Assembly: GCA_016194705.1 (NCBI GenBank)
Contig: JACQAZ010000038.1
Coordinates: forward strand, 202,599 to 266,598
Source: Elusimicrobiota bacterium
Lineage (GTDB): Bacteria; Elusimicrobiota; Elusimicrobia; UBA1565; UBA9628
Reading direction: 5' to 3'
Length of the DNA stretch: 64,000 bases
The notes under the pieces are model-generated. The model did no database searches. It worked only from the letters and a program-made list of their open reading frames with translations, and had not been told where the DNA came from. This document shows, in pieces, positions 55,501 through 64,000 of this stretch (its first letter is position 1; each line of letters opens with the position of its first letter). The translations under genes were made by a program, and so were the position numbers.

Positions 55501-58500
55501 GGCGCTCGAGCAGGTGCTGGCCGCCCCAGATCTCCACGAAGACCGCGCCGTCGAGCAGGTTCGAGCCCAGCAGCACGCGCGCGGTCTCGCCGGAAAGGTA
55601 GGAGGCGTGCTCGGGCGAGGTCACGTTGGGAAGGCCCAGCGCCTTCTTGCTCGGGCCCGACGAGGCCGCGAGCAGCACGATCGATTGCGCGCTCTCGCCG
55701 CCCCACGGGTCCTTGGCTTTGACGGTGAGGCGATAGACGCCTTCCTCGAGGCTGCCCAACCGCGCCTGCGCCGGAGTCTCCCCGGTGAAAGCCAGAGTCC
55801 CTTGCGCGGCCTGCGGGCCGTCGGCGACGTCCTTGTAAAGCGCCTCGAGCGAAGGATTGTCGAGGAAAGAGCCGCCCCAGTAGGCCTCGACCTCGGGGGC
55901 CTTGGGCTGGCCGAGGAGGCGGTGCACAACGAACGAGCCCTGGCCCGAGAGAGCCTTCGCGTTGAGGTTCATCAGGCGAATCGGGACCTCGGACGACTTG
56001 CCCGCGGAGAGGAAACCTGAAGTCGGCGCAATATCGAAGAGATAGGCCTTGGCGCCGGCTTGAAAAGAGCGCGAGGTCGTGATCGTCCGGCCGCCGGGAT
56101 CGCGCGACTCGACCTCGACTCGGAAGGTCGCGGGCCAGGGGTCCTTCATGTTTTGGTCCTGGGGTTGGGGCGTGAAGGTCAAGGAGAACTTGCCCTCGGC
56201 ATCGGTCTTGGTCTGGCCGTTGAGCACTTCATTGCTGCCGTAATTGACCGCGAAGCCGCGCCACCACCAGCAGAACCAGGGGATGTAGCTTTCGCGATAG
56301 ACCTTGTAGTTGACGGGCGCGTCGGGCACCGCGCCGCCGAAATAGTATTTCGCCTGTCCCGTCACGGTCGCGGGCGAGCCGAACTTCCAAGCGCCTTCGG
56401 CCTCCTTAACCTCGACCTCGAACTCGGGCCGCTTGTACTCCTCGACCTGGAAGGAGTGGTAGGCCGAGAAGCCGTGGCCGAAATCCGAGAGCGTGGCGTT
56501 GAGGCTGTAGTTGCCGAGCATGCGGCCGCCCGCGATCGTGAACTTGGTCGAGGCCGAGCCCATCGCGTTGAGTTTGAGGTCTCCTTTATAGAGCTCCTGT
56601 CCGTTGGCGTCGGCGGCGCGCAAGGTCACGAGGCTCGTCCCATCGTAGACCTTGTAGCCGCGCGGGATGCGGCGCAGGACCGTGACCTTGACGCGGACCT
56701 CCTGTCCCGGGCGGTAAATCGGGCGATCGGTCTCGAGGAATAGTTGGACCGGCGCGGGCACGGAGTGGTTGAACCAGAGCGGATTCGAGGAGTAGGCGTA
56801 GGAGCTCCCGCGCTTGGCCAAGGGGTCGAAAGAGACGTTCGTGCCTTGGGCGTAGACCATGGTCAGGTCCGCGGAGACCTGACCGCGCCCCGAGTCGTCG
56901 GTGTCGAGCGCGACGCGGACCGGCTCATGGTACTGGTCGCGCCGGAAGGCGTCGATGTGGGCCGCGGCCGGCTTGCCGGTGATCCCATTGAGGGAGTAAA
57001 AATGGAAGATGTTCGCTTCGCGCGAGGACGGGCCCGACGGTTCGAAGATGAAATCGCTCTCGGGCCCCTGCGCGCCGGAGCTTGCGATCAAGAACAAGTC
57101 GGTCGCATTGACGAAGACCGCGCTGAGCAGAGAGCTGCCGGGCGCGAAGCGCTCATCCGAGCTGGCCAGGGCCAGATAAATTCCCGCCGAGAGCTCCGGC
57201 GAGACGACCGCGGTGTCGGCGTAGGCGTAGGGCTGCGGCGGATGGACCTCGCTTGTCCAGGCGTGCGCGTTGGGGCGAGCCAGGAAAGCTTCGACGGTCT
57301 CCTTGTCGGCCTGGCGCAGGGCTGACCACCCTTCGGGGCGGTAATGCCGGGGCAAGTTGAGCAGTTCGTCGGGATCGACGCGGTAAAGGCGGAAGAAGAT
57401 CTTGTCCAGGTTGCGCGTGTTGATATGGAAGGCGTCGCGGCTCCCGGGTGCGACAAACTTCGCCGTCATGCCCAGCACGGGCAGCTCGATGGAGGCGCGC
57501 AGCTTGGCGGCGTGCTTAGCCGCGCGCATGGCCGGATATTTTTCCTCGATCTTGCGGCAAAGGGCGACGGTCTCGGCGTAGCGGGCGTTTTGGTTGAGCA
57601 GGTTCGCGGCGGCAAGCCCGGCCTCCGAGCGTCCGAGCGCGGTCTTGAAAGAATCGCTCCAGCCGGTCAGGCGGGCGACCGCGGCGTCGATGAAGGCCTT
57701 GTGGTCGGGCGCGGGCTCGAAGAGCCCCGGGTTCTCGAATGCGAGCTTCAAGCGCTTGACCTTCCACAGATCGCTGACCGAGGCGCGGCTCTTCCCTCCG
57801 AGCGATGCCGCGTCCTCGTAGAGCGCGGCGAGCTGGCTTCCTAGCCCCTCTTCCGAGGACCACTTCCCGCGGTAGTCGTCGGCCAAAAGCGAGAGCAGGG
57901 CGGGCTTGGCGCCGGCCTTGCCGGTTTCCTCCAGCATCAGATACTCGCCTTCGCGCAGCAAGGCGAGATCCCAAAGAGTCGGCGCCAATTCGACCTCGGC
58001 GTTGCGCAGATCGACGAAGTAGGCCTCGTCGCGCAGGGGGGCGTCGATGAGCCGGCGCCGCAGGTCCCAAAGCTGGCGGTAGGCCGAGCGGACCTCCTTG
58101 CGCCACTCTTCGGGTGTGCGGCGAGTCATGTCCTTCTGCCCTTCCTCGACGTCCTTGGGAGCCGCGTTGCCGTACTGCTTGAGGAACTCTCGCGCCAGCT
58201 CCGAGCGCATGATCAGGAAGCGGCCGCGCCAGACAGGGTCGGACGGAAGCTTCGCGTCGAAGGCCCGCTGGGCCGCCTCGCCGTAGCGGAACAGCAGGGC
58301 CTGGCACTCCGCGGCGCGATAGAGGGATTTGAGCCGGAATTCTTGGTTGGCGGACTTGAGCTCGCCTTCGTATTCTTTGAGGGCTTCCTGGAAGAGGCCC
58401 TTGTCGTAGAGCTCGTCGGCTTTTTGGAGGCCCGCCGCCGAGGCCATTCTCCCGGAGAAAATCAGAGCGAGAGTCAAGGCCGTCATCCAGATCTTATGCA

Positions 58501-58501
58501 T
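52505..58501 (-). CDS. bacterial alpha-2-macroglobulin-family thioester protein with N-terminal TPR-like extension
   Basis: Signal peptide MHKIWMTALTLALIFSGRMASAA. MG-domain repeats. A thioester CTEQ motif (HYPYECTEQLLD). About 1999 aa. Start assigned at 58501 inside ORF 52505..59098. Confidence 0.8.
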   Translation of the reverse strand: MHKIWMTALTLALIFSGRMASAAGLQKADELYDKGLFQEALKEYEGELKSANQEFRLKSLYRAAECQALLFRYGEAAQRAFDAKLPSDPVWRGRFLIMRSELAREFLKQYGNAAPKDVEEGQKDMTRRTPEEWRKEVRSAYRQLWDLRRRLIDAPLRDEAYFVDLRNAEVELAPTLWDLALLREGEYLMLEETGKAGAKPALLSLLADDYRGKWSSEEGLGSQLAALYEDAASLGGKSRASVSDLWKVKRLKLAFENPGLFEPAPDHKAFIDAAVARLTGWSDSFKTALGRSEAGLAAANLLNQNARYAETVALCRKIEEKYPAMRAAKHAAKLRASIELPVLGMTAKFVAPGSRDAFHINTRNLDKIFFRLYRVDPDELLNLPRHYRPEGWSALRQADKETVEAFLARPNAHAWTSEVHPPQPYAYADTAVVSPELSAGIYLALASSDERFAPGSSLLSAVFVNATDLFLIASSGAQGPESDFIFEPSGPSSREANIFHFYSLNGITGKPAAAHIDAFRRDQYHEPVRVALDTDDSGRGQVSADLTMVYAQGTNVSFDPLAKRGSSYAYSSNPLWFNHSVPAPVQLFLETDRPIYRPGQEVRVKVTVLRRIPRGYKVYDGTSLVTLRAADANGQELYKGDLKLNAMGSASTKFTIAGGRMLGNYSLNATLSDFGHGFSAYHSFQVEEYKRPEFEVEVKEAEGAWKFGSPATVTGQAKYYFGGAVPDAPVNYKVYRESYIPWFCWWWRGFAVNYGSNEVLNGQTKTDAEGKFSLTFTPQPQDQNMKDPWPATFRVEVESRDPGGRTITTSRSFQAGAKAYLFDIAPTSGFLSAGKSSEVPIRLMNLNAKALSGQGSFVVHRLLGQPKAPEVEAYWGGSFLDNPSLEALYKDVADGPQAAQGTLAFTGETPAQARLGSLEEGVYRLTVKAKDPWGGESAQSIVLLAASSGPSKKALGLPNVTSPEHASYLSGETARVLLGSNLLDGAVFVEIWGGQHLLERQVLDGGGIRILSVPVKDEHKGGFTVRWFGARNFKIRSGQAKIDVPWKDRELSVKLKHNPVMKPGEKVTWSLSVFDNDKKSAAGEAVVRVFDRSLEYYMKAAAPWVSQLFGQRWGSGGAQGSLYQPWANSFPVEEGWIKKMMQLYYEAIAEPSPPMLRLNKSRVYGGFGRMFEMGALSSAGGGIRGRAMLEMAEDRALPASAPAASNVPNKAMAREEMSRDKESKAKRADGGAPEPPVQARTNFAETAYFEPQLPIAGGKGVFTFTAPEQLTSWKIQAYALTKDAKRGEVSAEAVTRKDLMVQVEMPRYFREGDEGTIKTVVHNETAQPLTGEVSLAIKDEDDPDGNGAAEKLGLSELKQSFSAVPRGLSPLSWKIKAPRGSHSFKIKAIVRAGSLADAEERDLPILPSRERLIETVLAALDGTMKKVLKLPVFYESDPTRINESMTLQIDPQLALSILNSLPFLVHYPYECTEQLLDRYVPLAIVDSFYRKHPALAEAAKKIPKRDTITPAWDRSDPRRLTQLMETPWEELSKGRKSYWPLIDMFDPKVVQGELMDSSSKLGRYQEYDGGFPWFPGGRSDPYMTLLVLAGLAEAQRYEVAVPMPVVQKALSYANNEIPKHLKPEEPEIALILYAAYVVTSFPKTTPGAGLGWKFAKVWADYADKHMEAMTPLGKAYAAYVYWRLGEKAKGDLYLNRAMDGARTDPIAGVYWAPEKISWLWYNDTVEKHAFFLRMLLTLRPKDPRIPGMVQWLLFNRKGNEWKSTKASAAAIFSLLDVLRSRGALVKGDKYRVNWGTQTEAANVEPYDWLEKPLRWTNYGAEIGPKQGAATIQKDGPGLAFASLTWIYTTDQPAKASGPGMIELSRKFFLRHKKGDDYHLTPLEAGQTVKVGDQIEVQLKINTRSQFEYLHLKDPKIAGFEAEELLSGWKWDQLSRYEEPRDSLTNFFISWLPHGEYVLRYRLRPTSAGKYRLGAAVLQSMYAPEMSAHSDGFWLNVEE

Positions 58502-58579
58502 GGGCGCTATTCTCCTCTTTCCTACGGGACCGGTCAAGCTGTTTTGACCCAGGGCCCGGTGAAATGTTCCAATGGAAAA

Positions 58580-59065
58580 ATGGATTGGAAGCCCTTCGTC
58601 GTGTGCTCCGCGGACGAGGACGCGCCCAAGGCGCGCGGCTTCAACGCGCCCGATGGCCTCGGAGACCGCCTGCGCACCGCGGCCTTCGCCGAGCGCCAGG
58701 CCGCGGAGGCGTTCCGTTGGGCGGCCGAGAGTCTCGGCGAGGCTCCGGAGGCTTTGCGAGCGGCTTGGCGCGAGCTCTCCGGAGAGGAAAACAAGCACCT
58801 CGGCTGGATTCTCGGGCGCATGGCGCAGCTCGGCGTCGACCCGGCGGCGCGTCCGGTTTCCGATCGCCTGTGGAGGTCTTTGACCGCCTGCCGCGACCAC
58901 CGCGAGTTCGCCCGCCTGATGGCGCGCGCCGAGGAGCGCGGCAAAGCGGCGGAGGAAAGCTTTAGACGATCTCTCGCCGAGCGCGATCCCGCGACAGCGG
59001 ACCTCTTCGGCCGGATCGCCGAGGAGGAGGAGCGCCACATCGCCCTGCAGGGCGGCTTTGTATAA
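58580..59065 (+). CDS. ferritin-like/rubrerythrin-like four-helix-bundle domain protein
   Basis: ERQAAEAFRWAAE...EENKHLGWILGRMAQLG...EERHIA: paired E...ExxH motifs. Internal start within ORF 58343..59065. Confidence 0.45.
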   Translation: MDWKPFVVCSADEDAPKARGFNAPDGLGDRLRTAAFAERQAAEAFRWAAESLGEAPEALRAAWRELSGEENKHLGWILGRMAQLGVDPAARPVSDRLWRSLTACRDHREFARLMARAEERGKAAEESFRRSLAERDPATADLFGRIAEEEERHIALQGGFV

Positions 59066-59639
59066 TGGGGTCATGAAAGCGCTTTGGCTTGCCGTCATGC
59101 TGCTGTCGGTCGCGGTCGGCGCGGCCGAGGAGAAGAAGATGGACCAGAATGTCGAGAAGGGGCCTTACGGCTTTACTTTGACGAGTCCCGCGTTCAAGAA
59201 TGGAGAGAAGATTCCGAAGGTCCACACCGGCGACGGCAAGGACCTCTCGCCGGGCCTTCATTGGACCGGCTGGCCAAAAGAGACCAAGAGTTTCGCCTTG
59301 ATCATGGACGACCCCGACGCGCCGCCGGGGACCTGGGTGCATTGGGTCCTCTACGACATTCCGGCAGGGCTCAAGGATCTGCCCGAGGGAGTCGCCAAAA
59401 AGGAAATCGTTCAGGGAGTCGGGAAGCACGGGCTCTGCTGGGGCGTCTCGTCCTTCGACCGCGTGGGCTACTACGGTCCCCTGCCGCCGCCGGGCACGCC
59501 GCACCGCTATTTCTTCAAGCGCTACGCGCTCGACAAGGAGCTGGGCCTTAAGCCCCGCGCGACGAAGGAGCAGCTCGTCAAAGCGATGGAAGGACACATC
59601 CTGGCGAGCGCCGAACTTATTGGGCTGTACCAGCGCTGA
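59058..59639 (+). CDS. YbhB/YbcL-family PEBP (Raf-kinase-inhibitor-like) periplasmic protein
   Basis: Signal peptide. SPGLHW, DPDAPPGTWVHWVLYDIP and GYYGPLPPPGTPHRYFF are PEBP signatures. Confidence 0.8.
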   Translation: MYNGVMKALWLAVMLLSVAVGAAEEKKMDQNVEKGPYGFTLTSPAFKNGEKIPKVHTGDGKDLSPGLHWTGWPKETKSFALIMDDPDAPPGTWVHWVLYDIPAGLKDLPEGVAKKEIVQGVGKHGLCWGVSSFDRVGYYGPLPPPGTPHRYFFKRYALDKELGLKPRATKEQLVKAMEGHILASAELIGLYQR

Positions 59640-60543
59640 GGGGGGCGGCCGGCTTGAGGACCTCGACGTCCTGAGCCGGGTGAATCTCCCAGGCGGTCGG
59701 CCTGCCGCCGGGGATCTCGTCGTCGTGGTAGTTGTCGTAATAGGTCCAGCCGCGGACCTTGACCGTCTCGCCGGCGGCCGGCAGGTGCAGCTTGGGATGA
59801 GACAAGATCCATTCGGGAGGGATCTCCATCTCGACGCCGCCGATCGTGAAGCACCAGTCCTGGTCCTCGTGAGCGCGGTGGCCGTCGGAGACCGTCCCCG
59901 AGGTCTCCACGCCGACCTCGACGGCCAGCGCTCCCGCCTTGAGCTCCGCGGGCGTGGCCGTCGCGTAGGTCTTGGGCCGCGAGAGGCGGTGCTTATAAAG
60001 GAAGCGCTTGATCAGCCCGAGCTTCACCCAATCCGCCACCGAGATGCCTTCGGTGAAGGACGCCTCCAGGTCGTCAGGCAGGACGAGCTCACGGCGCAGG
60101 CGCGCAAGGAGGTCTGGCTCCGTCAAAGACCTCCGGCTCGCTTCGCGCAGCTCCTGGGCGATCGCCTCGGATAGCGGGCCGGCAAATTCCCGGGCGTAGG
60201 ACTTGAGCGGCAGCGAGGCGTAGAGCGCGTCGAGCTGAGGGAGGACGGGGGCCAGCGCCGGGTCGAGGCCGCCGGCGCGCCGCAGTTCGGAAAGGCGCGC
60301 GCGCAAGGCCGAGGAGTAGTCGCTCAGGCTTTGAGCGCCCGGCACCGGCGCCTCGAGACGGTCGGCCAGAGCCGATGCGGAACGGCGCAGGGCCTCCAGG
60401 CGCTGCGCTGAGCCGGGCCCCTTGGCGCGGGGCGCGACGATGACCCGCGCGGCTCTCTGGGCGTCGGCGAGGTCCTTCAAATCGCCGGTTCCCCAAGAGG
60501 AAGCGGCGGCGGCGCAAAGCAGCAGGGACAGTAGGGGCCTCAC
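59617..60543 (-). CDS. hypothetical secreted protein
   Basis: Signal peptide MRPLLSLLLCAAAASSWG. 308 aa. Ala/Leu/Arg-rich N-terminal half. Confidence 0.45.
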   Translation of the reverse strand: MRPLLSLLLCAAAASSWGTGDLKDLADAQRAARVIVAPRAKGPGSAQRLEALRRSASALADRLEAPVPGAQSLSDYSSALRARLSELRRAGGLDPALAPVLPQLDALYASLPLKSYAREFAGPLSEAIAQELREASRRSLTEPDLLARLRRELVLPDDLEASFTEGISVADWVKLGLIKRFLYKHRLSRPKTYATATPAELKAGALAVEVGVETSGTVSDGHRAHEDQDWCFTIGGVEMEIPPEWILSHPKLHLPAAGETVKVRGWTYYDNYHDDEIPGGRPTAWEIHPAQDVEVLKPAAPLSAGTAQ

Positions 60544-60568
60544 CGTTCCATTATACCACGGTCCCGGC

Positions 60569-62173
60569 TCAGAGGACCTCGACGACCGTGAACTCGTCGA
60601 GGGGCTCCTCGCTCAGGGAAAAAGGAAGAAAGCCCCAGGCGTTCGAGTAGAATCCTCCCTCGCCGGTCCACAGGCTGATCAAGCGCAGCGGGATGGGATG
60701 CTCGACGCGCGCGAGCTTCACATTGGCGAGCAACCGACGGTCGGGCTTCATCGCGTCGGTGACCTTAGAGAGGACCACGACGTCGCCCGGGCGGACCTGT
60801 TCCCAGCCTCCCCGCGACTTGTCGAGTTCGAGCGCGCCTGCCGCCGTGAGGTAGTGCTTGAGGCCTCCGACGCAGGCGCACCAGACTCGGCGTCCTGGGT
60901 GCTCGCGCATGACCTGGTCCGCGAACTCCCTCTGGATCCCTGCGTAGCGCGCGTCGACGAGATTGAGCGCCAGGCCCAAAGCCAGCGTCGCGGCCAGGCT
61001 CGAGCCGAGGAGAACCCGCACATGGTCACGTTCCGGGCGGGACTCTAGGGCCTCGGCCGCGGCGAAGGCCAGGGGCGGCACGAGATAGAGGATCATGCGC
61101 GCGGTCACCGTCCAATAAAGCCACACCCAGATGAGTCCCGACACGGTCCATGAAAGCCAGAGGATTCTGCCGCGGCTCTTGGGGAAACCGCGCAGGACGC
61201 ACCAGAGCGCCCACAGAGCCGCGGCCGCCAGCGTGATTCCGGTCAGGCGGTCGACCGGCCGCACGAGAGCAGGGGCGTCGAGCCAAGGCGAGAACAGCAG
61301 GGCCGCGGCCGCGATGCACGCCGCGGTTTGCCGCGCTTTGGGCCGCGCGCCCCAAAGCGGCCACAAGGTCGCGGCCAGGCCGCAGCCGCCCGTGAAGGCG
61401 AGCACCGAGCGCAGCTTGTGCGGCCAAGAAGACCAAAATTGGCCCCGCGCGCCTGAGATGTAGTCGAGCGAGGCCCCAAGGGACCCCAGACCCGCGGCCC
61501 GGGCCAAGCCAAGATACGCGGCGGGCCCCGCGGCGCACAGAGCAAGCCAACCCCAGAGCCTGCCGCGCCTTCCGCGCGAGGCGCCGTAGGACGCGGCCGG
61601 CAGAACGAAGACGACCGCGCTGTATTTGAAGAGCAGCGCGAGGTCGAGCAGGCCCGCCGAGGCCCAAAACCAGCGCGGGTCGTCGTCGTCGACGCCGCGG
61701 ACCATGGCGTAGAGCCCCCAGAGGCCCAAGGCCACGGCGGGCTTCTCGGCCATCAGATGGTTCATGTTGAGCCAATAAGCGGGAGAGGCGATGACCGCCA
61801 GGACCGGAAGGAGCGGGCGCTTGAGGAAGCGCGCGGCCAGCAGATAGAGTCCGCAGGCCCCGGCGACGTCGACGGGAAGCAAGGCCAGGCGCATGCTCCA
61901 TTCGCCGCCGCCGGAGGCCTTCATGATCAGCGCGACCAGCCCGTAGATCAGCGGAGGGTGGTCGCTCAAGCGGGAGTAGGGGGTCGATGTGCCCCAGTAG
62001 ACGAAGGAGAAATCGAAGGGATGCCGGGGATGCAGCAGGAATTGCCGCGCGACAAAAACGAACCACGGCTCGTCGATGTGATAGGGCTTTCCCATGAACG
62101 GAACGAAGAGCAGGCAGACAAATCCCGCGACCACCGCGAACTCGCGACGCGGGTCCTTCCGGGGGTCGGTCAT
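60569..62173 (-). CDS. GT-C-fold membrane glycosyltransferase (PMT/ArnT, GT39/GT83-like)
   Basis: 534 aa with at least 10 TM helices. N-terminus FMGKPYHIDEPWF. A C-terminal soluble domain. Confidence 0.6.
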   Translation of the reverse strand: MTDPRKDPRREFAVVAGFVCLLFVPFMGKPYHIDEPWFVFVARQFLLHPRHPFDFSFVYWGTSTPYSRLSDHPPLIYGLVALIMKASGGGEWSMRLALLPVDVAGACGLYLLAARFLKRPLLPVLAVIASPAYWLNMNHLMAEKPAVALGLWGLYAMVRGVDDDDPRWFWASAGLLDLALLFKYSAVVFVLPAASYGASRGRRGRLWGWLALCAAGPAAYLGLARAAGLGSLGASLDYISGARGQFWSSWPHKLRSVLAFTGGCGLAATLWPLWGARPKARQTAACIAAAALLFSPWLDAPALVRPVDRLTGITLAAAALWALWCVLRGFPKSRGRILWLSWTVSGLIWVWLYWTVTARMILYLVPPLAFAAAEALESRPERDHVRVLLGSSLAATLALGLALNLVDARYAGIQREFADQVMREHPGRRVWCACVGGLKHYLTAAGALELDKSRGGWEQVRPGDVVVLSKVTDAMKPDRRLLANVKLARVEHPIPLRLISLWTGEGGFYSNAWGFLPFSLSEEPLDEFTVVEVL

Positions 62174-62201
62174 GGAGGGAATATGTTACGATTTCAATCG
62201 A

Positions 62202-62285
62202 GGGCAGGTGGTGGAACTGGCAGACACAAGGGACTTAAAATCCCTCGGCCGCAAGGTCATGCGGGTTCGATTCCCGCCCTGCCCA
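62202..62285 (+). tRNA. tRNA-Leu (anticodon UAA)
   Basis: GGGCAGGTGGTGGAACTGGCAGACACAAGGGACTTAAAATCCCTCGGCCGCAAGGTCATGCGGGTTCGATTCCCGCCCTGCCCA. The acceptor stem GGGCAGG/CCTGCCC pairs. D-arm, anticodon loop CTTAAAA, long variable arm, and T-arm GCGGGTTCGATTCCCGC. CCA is not encoded. Confidence 0.85.
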
Positions 62286-62299
62286 CGATTTTCGGCGCC

Positions 62300-63109
62300 A
62301 TGATCGACCTCGCTCGCCTCAAGGGATGGCTGCAAGGCGCCTTCGCGCCGCGGCCCCTGCGCGCGCTCTTCGTCGGCAACAGCCTGACCTACTTCGAGGC
62401 GCCGGCCCCGGAAGGGCGCCTCGTCCTCAACGACCTGCCGGCCCTGCTCTCGCGGATCTCGCCTCGGCTGAACATGCGGACGGACCGGATCTCGCGCGAC
62501 GGCGCCAGCCTGGAGGATCACCTCTCGAGTCCCTCGCTGGCCGCTCGATTGCGTCCCGGGGCGTGGGACCTCGTCGTGCTCCAGGAGAACAGCGAGCGGG
62601 CGATCAACGACGCGGCGGGCGTGCGCCGCGACGCGCGCGAGCTCTGCGCGCGGATCAAAGCGTCGGGAGCGCGGCCGTTGCTGTTCGCGACCTGGGCCCC
62701 GTCGGGCCGGCCGGAGGCGGCCTCCGGCTTGGACCGTTTTTTCGGCGGACTCGCCGCAGAGCTCGGCGCCCTGCTCGTGCCCGTGGGGCGCGCGTGGGAG
62801 GAGGCGGGGCGCGAGCGTCCTCGGCTCGCGCTGCGCATGCCCGACGGCGCCCACCCCGGACCTCTCGGCGCGTACTTGAGCGCCTGCGTCTTTCGCTCGT
62901 GCCTGAAACCGAGGAACCGGCTGGAGCTCGCGCTTCAAGACATCGCGCAAGTCGAGGAGCTGGCGCGGACCCACGACCGGCTTCGGCCGGGTGAGGGACC
63001 TTCCGCCGTCCTAGAGGACGACCTCGAGTTCCTTCGCCGCGTCGCCGCGCGCGCCGCGCACGAGGCGGGCGTAGAGCCGCCGGTAGCGGTCCGCTACGGC
63101 CGGCCATAG
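62300..63109 (+). CDS. SGNH/GDSL-family hydrolase
   Basis: ALFVGNSLTY (GDS(L)-type block I with Ser) and DGAHP (block V). Internal start within ORF 61757..63109, 15 nt after the tRNA. Confidence 0.6.
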   Translation: MIDLARLKGWLQGAFAPRPLRALFVGNSLTYFEAPAPEGRLVLNDLPALLSRISPRLNMRTDRISRDGASLEDHLSSPSLAARLRPGAWDLVVLQENSERAINDAAGVRRDARELCARIKASGARPLLFATWAPSGRPEAASGLDRFFGGLAAELGALLVPVGRAWEEAGRERPRLALRMPDGAHPGPLGAYLSACVFRSCLKPRNRLELALQDIAQVEELARTHDRLRPGEGPSAVLEDDLEFLRRVAARAAHEAGVEPPVAVRYGRP

Positions 63110-64000
63110 ATAGGAGCGTGCGCTCTCGCGCGCCGCGCGGCCCAGCCGGGCTCTGAGCCCGGGATCGAACAGCAGCCGGCGCATGCTCGCGGCCAGGGCG
63201 TGGGCGTCCTCGGGCGGCACCAGCAGCCCGTCGACGCCGTGCGTGACGGCTTCCGGGACGCCGCCGACCTTGGCGGCGGCCACGGCTTTGCCGGCCGCCA
63301 TCGCATCGAGCAGGGCCATCGGCATGTTCTCGCGGCGCGAGGGCAGGACGAAGAAGAGGCAGTCGGCCACGAGCCGCGCGACGGCCGGGGCCCGAGTCGC
63401 GCCGAGAAAGCTCACGCGTCCCTCGAGCCCGAGGCGTCCCGCGAAGCGCTGGAGCCGTCCTCCGGCCTGGTCCGGTCCGCAGATCATAAGCCGAAGATCG
63501 CGGCGCTCGTCGGCCAACTCCGCGAAGGCCATGAGCAGGAGATCGGTGCCTTTGTAGGCCGCCAGCCGGCCCACGGAAAGTATGAAGGTGTCCCGCCTGA
63601 ATTTCGCGGCGGCCGGAGGAAGCGACGCCGGGAGCGCCGCGCCGTTGGGTATCCAGTGTGTCTTCGCGAGCGTCTTGGGCAGCAGCGCGCGCAGCTGCCG
63701 CAGGCCGTCGCGCGAGACCGCGGTCACGGCGTCCGCGCGGGCAGCCAGGGCGCGGAAGACGTCGCGGCGCTCCATGAAGTCGAAGGCGGCTCCCTGATGG
63801 GTCAGCACGATTTTCGTCCTCGAAGGGAAGCGCGCGCCGGAAAGCCAGCCCAGCCCGCGGCTGAAGAAATGGATGTGGCAGAGATCGACATTCGCGAGCA
63901 TAGCCTCGAGCGCACGTCTTGATTCCACCGCGGTCAGGCCGCTCCGAGGAGGAAAAACGCGGATCGCGTCGCCCGCGCGCGCGTACTCCTCGGCCAGGGC
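63011..64000 (-). CDS. GT4-family glycosyltransferase (RfaG-like), N-terminus beyond window end
   Basis: ENMPMALLDAMAAGKAVAAAKVGGVPEAV...DGLLVPPEDAHALA matches the GT4 E-x7-E region. The frame stays open to position 64000 (…IRVFPPRSGLTAVESRRALE…). Confidence 0.75.
   Translation of the reverse strand, partial: ALAEEYARAGDAIRVFPPRSGLTAVESRRALEAMLANVDLCHIHFFSRGLGWLSGARFPSRTKIVLTHQGAAFDFMERRDVFRALAARADAVTAVSRDGLRQLRALLPKTLAKTHWIPNGAALPASLPPAAAKFRRDTFILSVGRLAAYKGTDLLLMAFAELADERRDLRLMICGPDQAGGRLQRFAGRLGLEGRVSFLGATRAPAVARLVADCLFFVLPSRRENMPMALLDAMAAGKAVAAAKVGGVPEAVTHGVDGLLVPPEDAHALAASMRRLLFDPGLRARLGRAARESARSYLWPAVADRYRRLYARLVRGARGDAAKELEVVL

Noticed and set aside
1-64000. Possible genome-wide TAG reassignment suggested by the dksA-like in-frame TAG
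   Set aside because: pilC, the DUF4339 gene and relE all terminate on TAG at the expected protein lengths. TAG therefore functions as a stop here, and the dksA case is more likely a local mutation or error.
1-64000. CRISPR arrays, IS elements or transposases, integrases, prophage genes
   Set aside because: No spaced direct-repeat array, no DDE or serine/tyrosine recombinase-like ORF, and no phage structural genes were recognised anywhere in the window.

Overview
This is a high-GC (roughly two-thirds G+C) bacterial chromosomal segment that is densely coding on both strands. Most of it is ordinary housekeeping DNA: anmK (partial), a ComEC/Rec2-like channel, nadK, recN, gltX, an HhH-less uvrC, rpsT, the conserved leuS-lptE-holA block, phoH-ybeY, thyX, glgC and a GH57 glucan enzyme. 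An lptE-like lipoprotein, an O-antigen-ligase-like protein and a pilB-pilT-pilC type IV pilus motor indicate a diderm organism. Accessory and unusual content: (i) a lower-GC island of about 2.8 kb between the GH57/membrane-protein genes and glgC, carrying an RHH protein, a HigB(Gp49-like)/HigA(XRE) toxin-antitoxin pair, a minimal class-III nucleotidyl-cyclase-like protein, a VOC enzyme and an XRE-cupin regulator; (ii) a Phd/YefM-RelE toxin-antitoxin pair with tandem TGTACA operator repeats immediately after pilC; (iii) a DksA/TraR-family zinc-finger gene interrupted by an in-frame TAG exactly at the first Cys pair; (iv) a roughly 2000-aa thioester (CTEQ) alpha-2-macroglobulin-like giant gene; (v) several operons of secreted or membrane proteins of unknown function; (vi) a tRNA-Leu(UAA) inside a glycosyltransferase/SGNH-hydrolase neighbourhood. 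Translational coupling through GTGA start/stop overlaps recurs five times. No CRISPR array, transposase or integrase was seen. Many long alternative-frame ORFs in the supplied track are Arg/Ala/Gly/Pro-rich high-GC artefacts.
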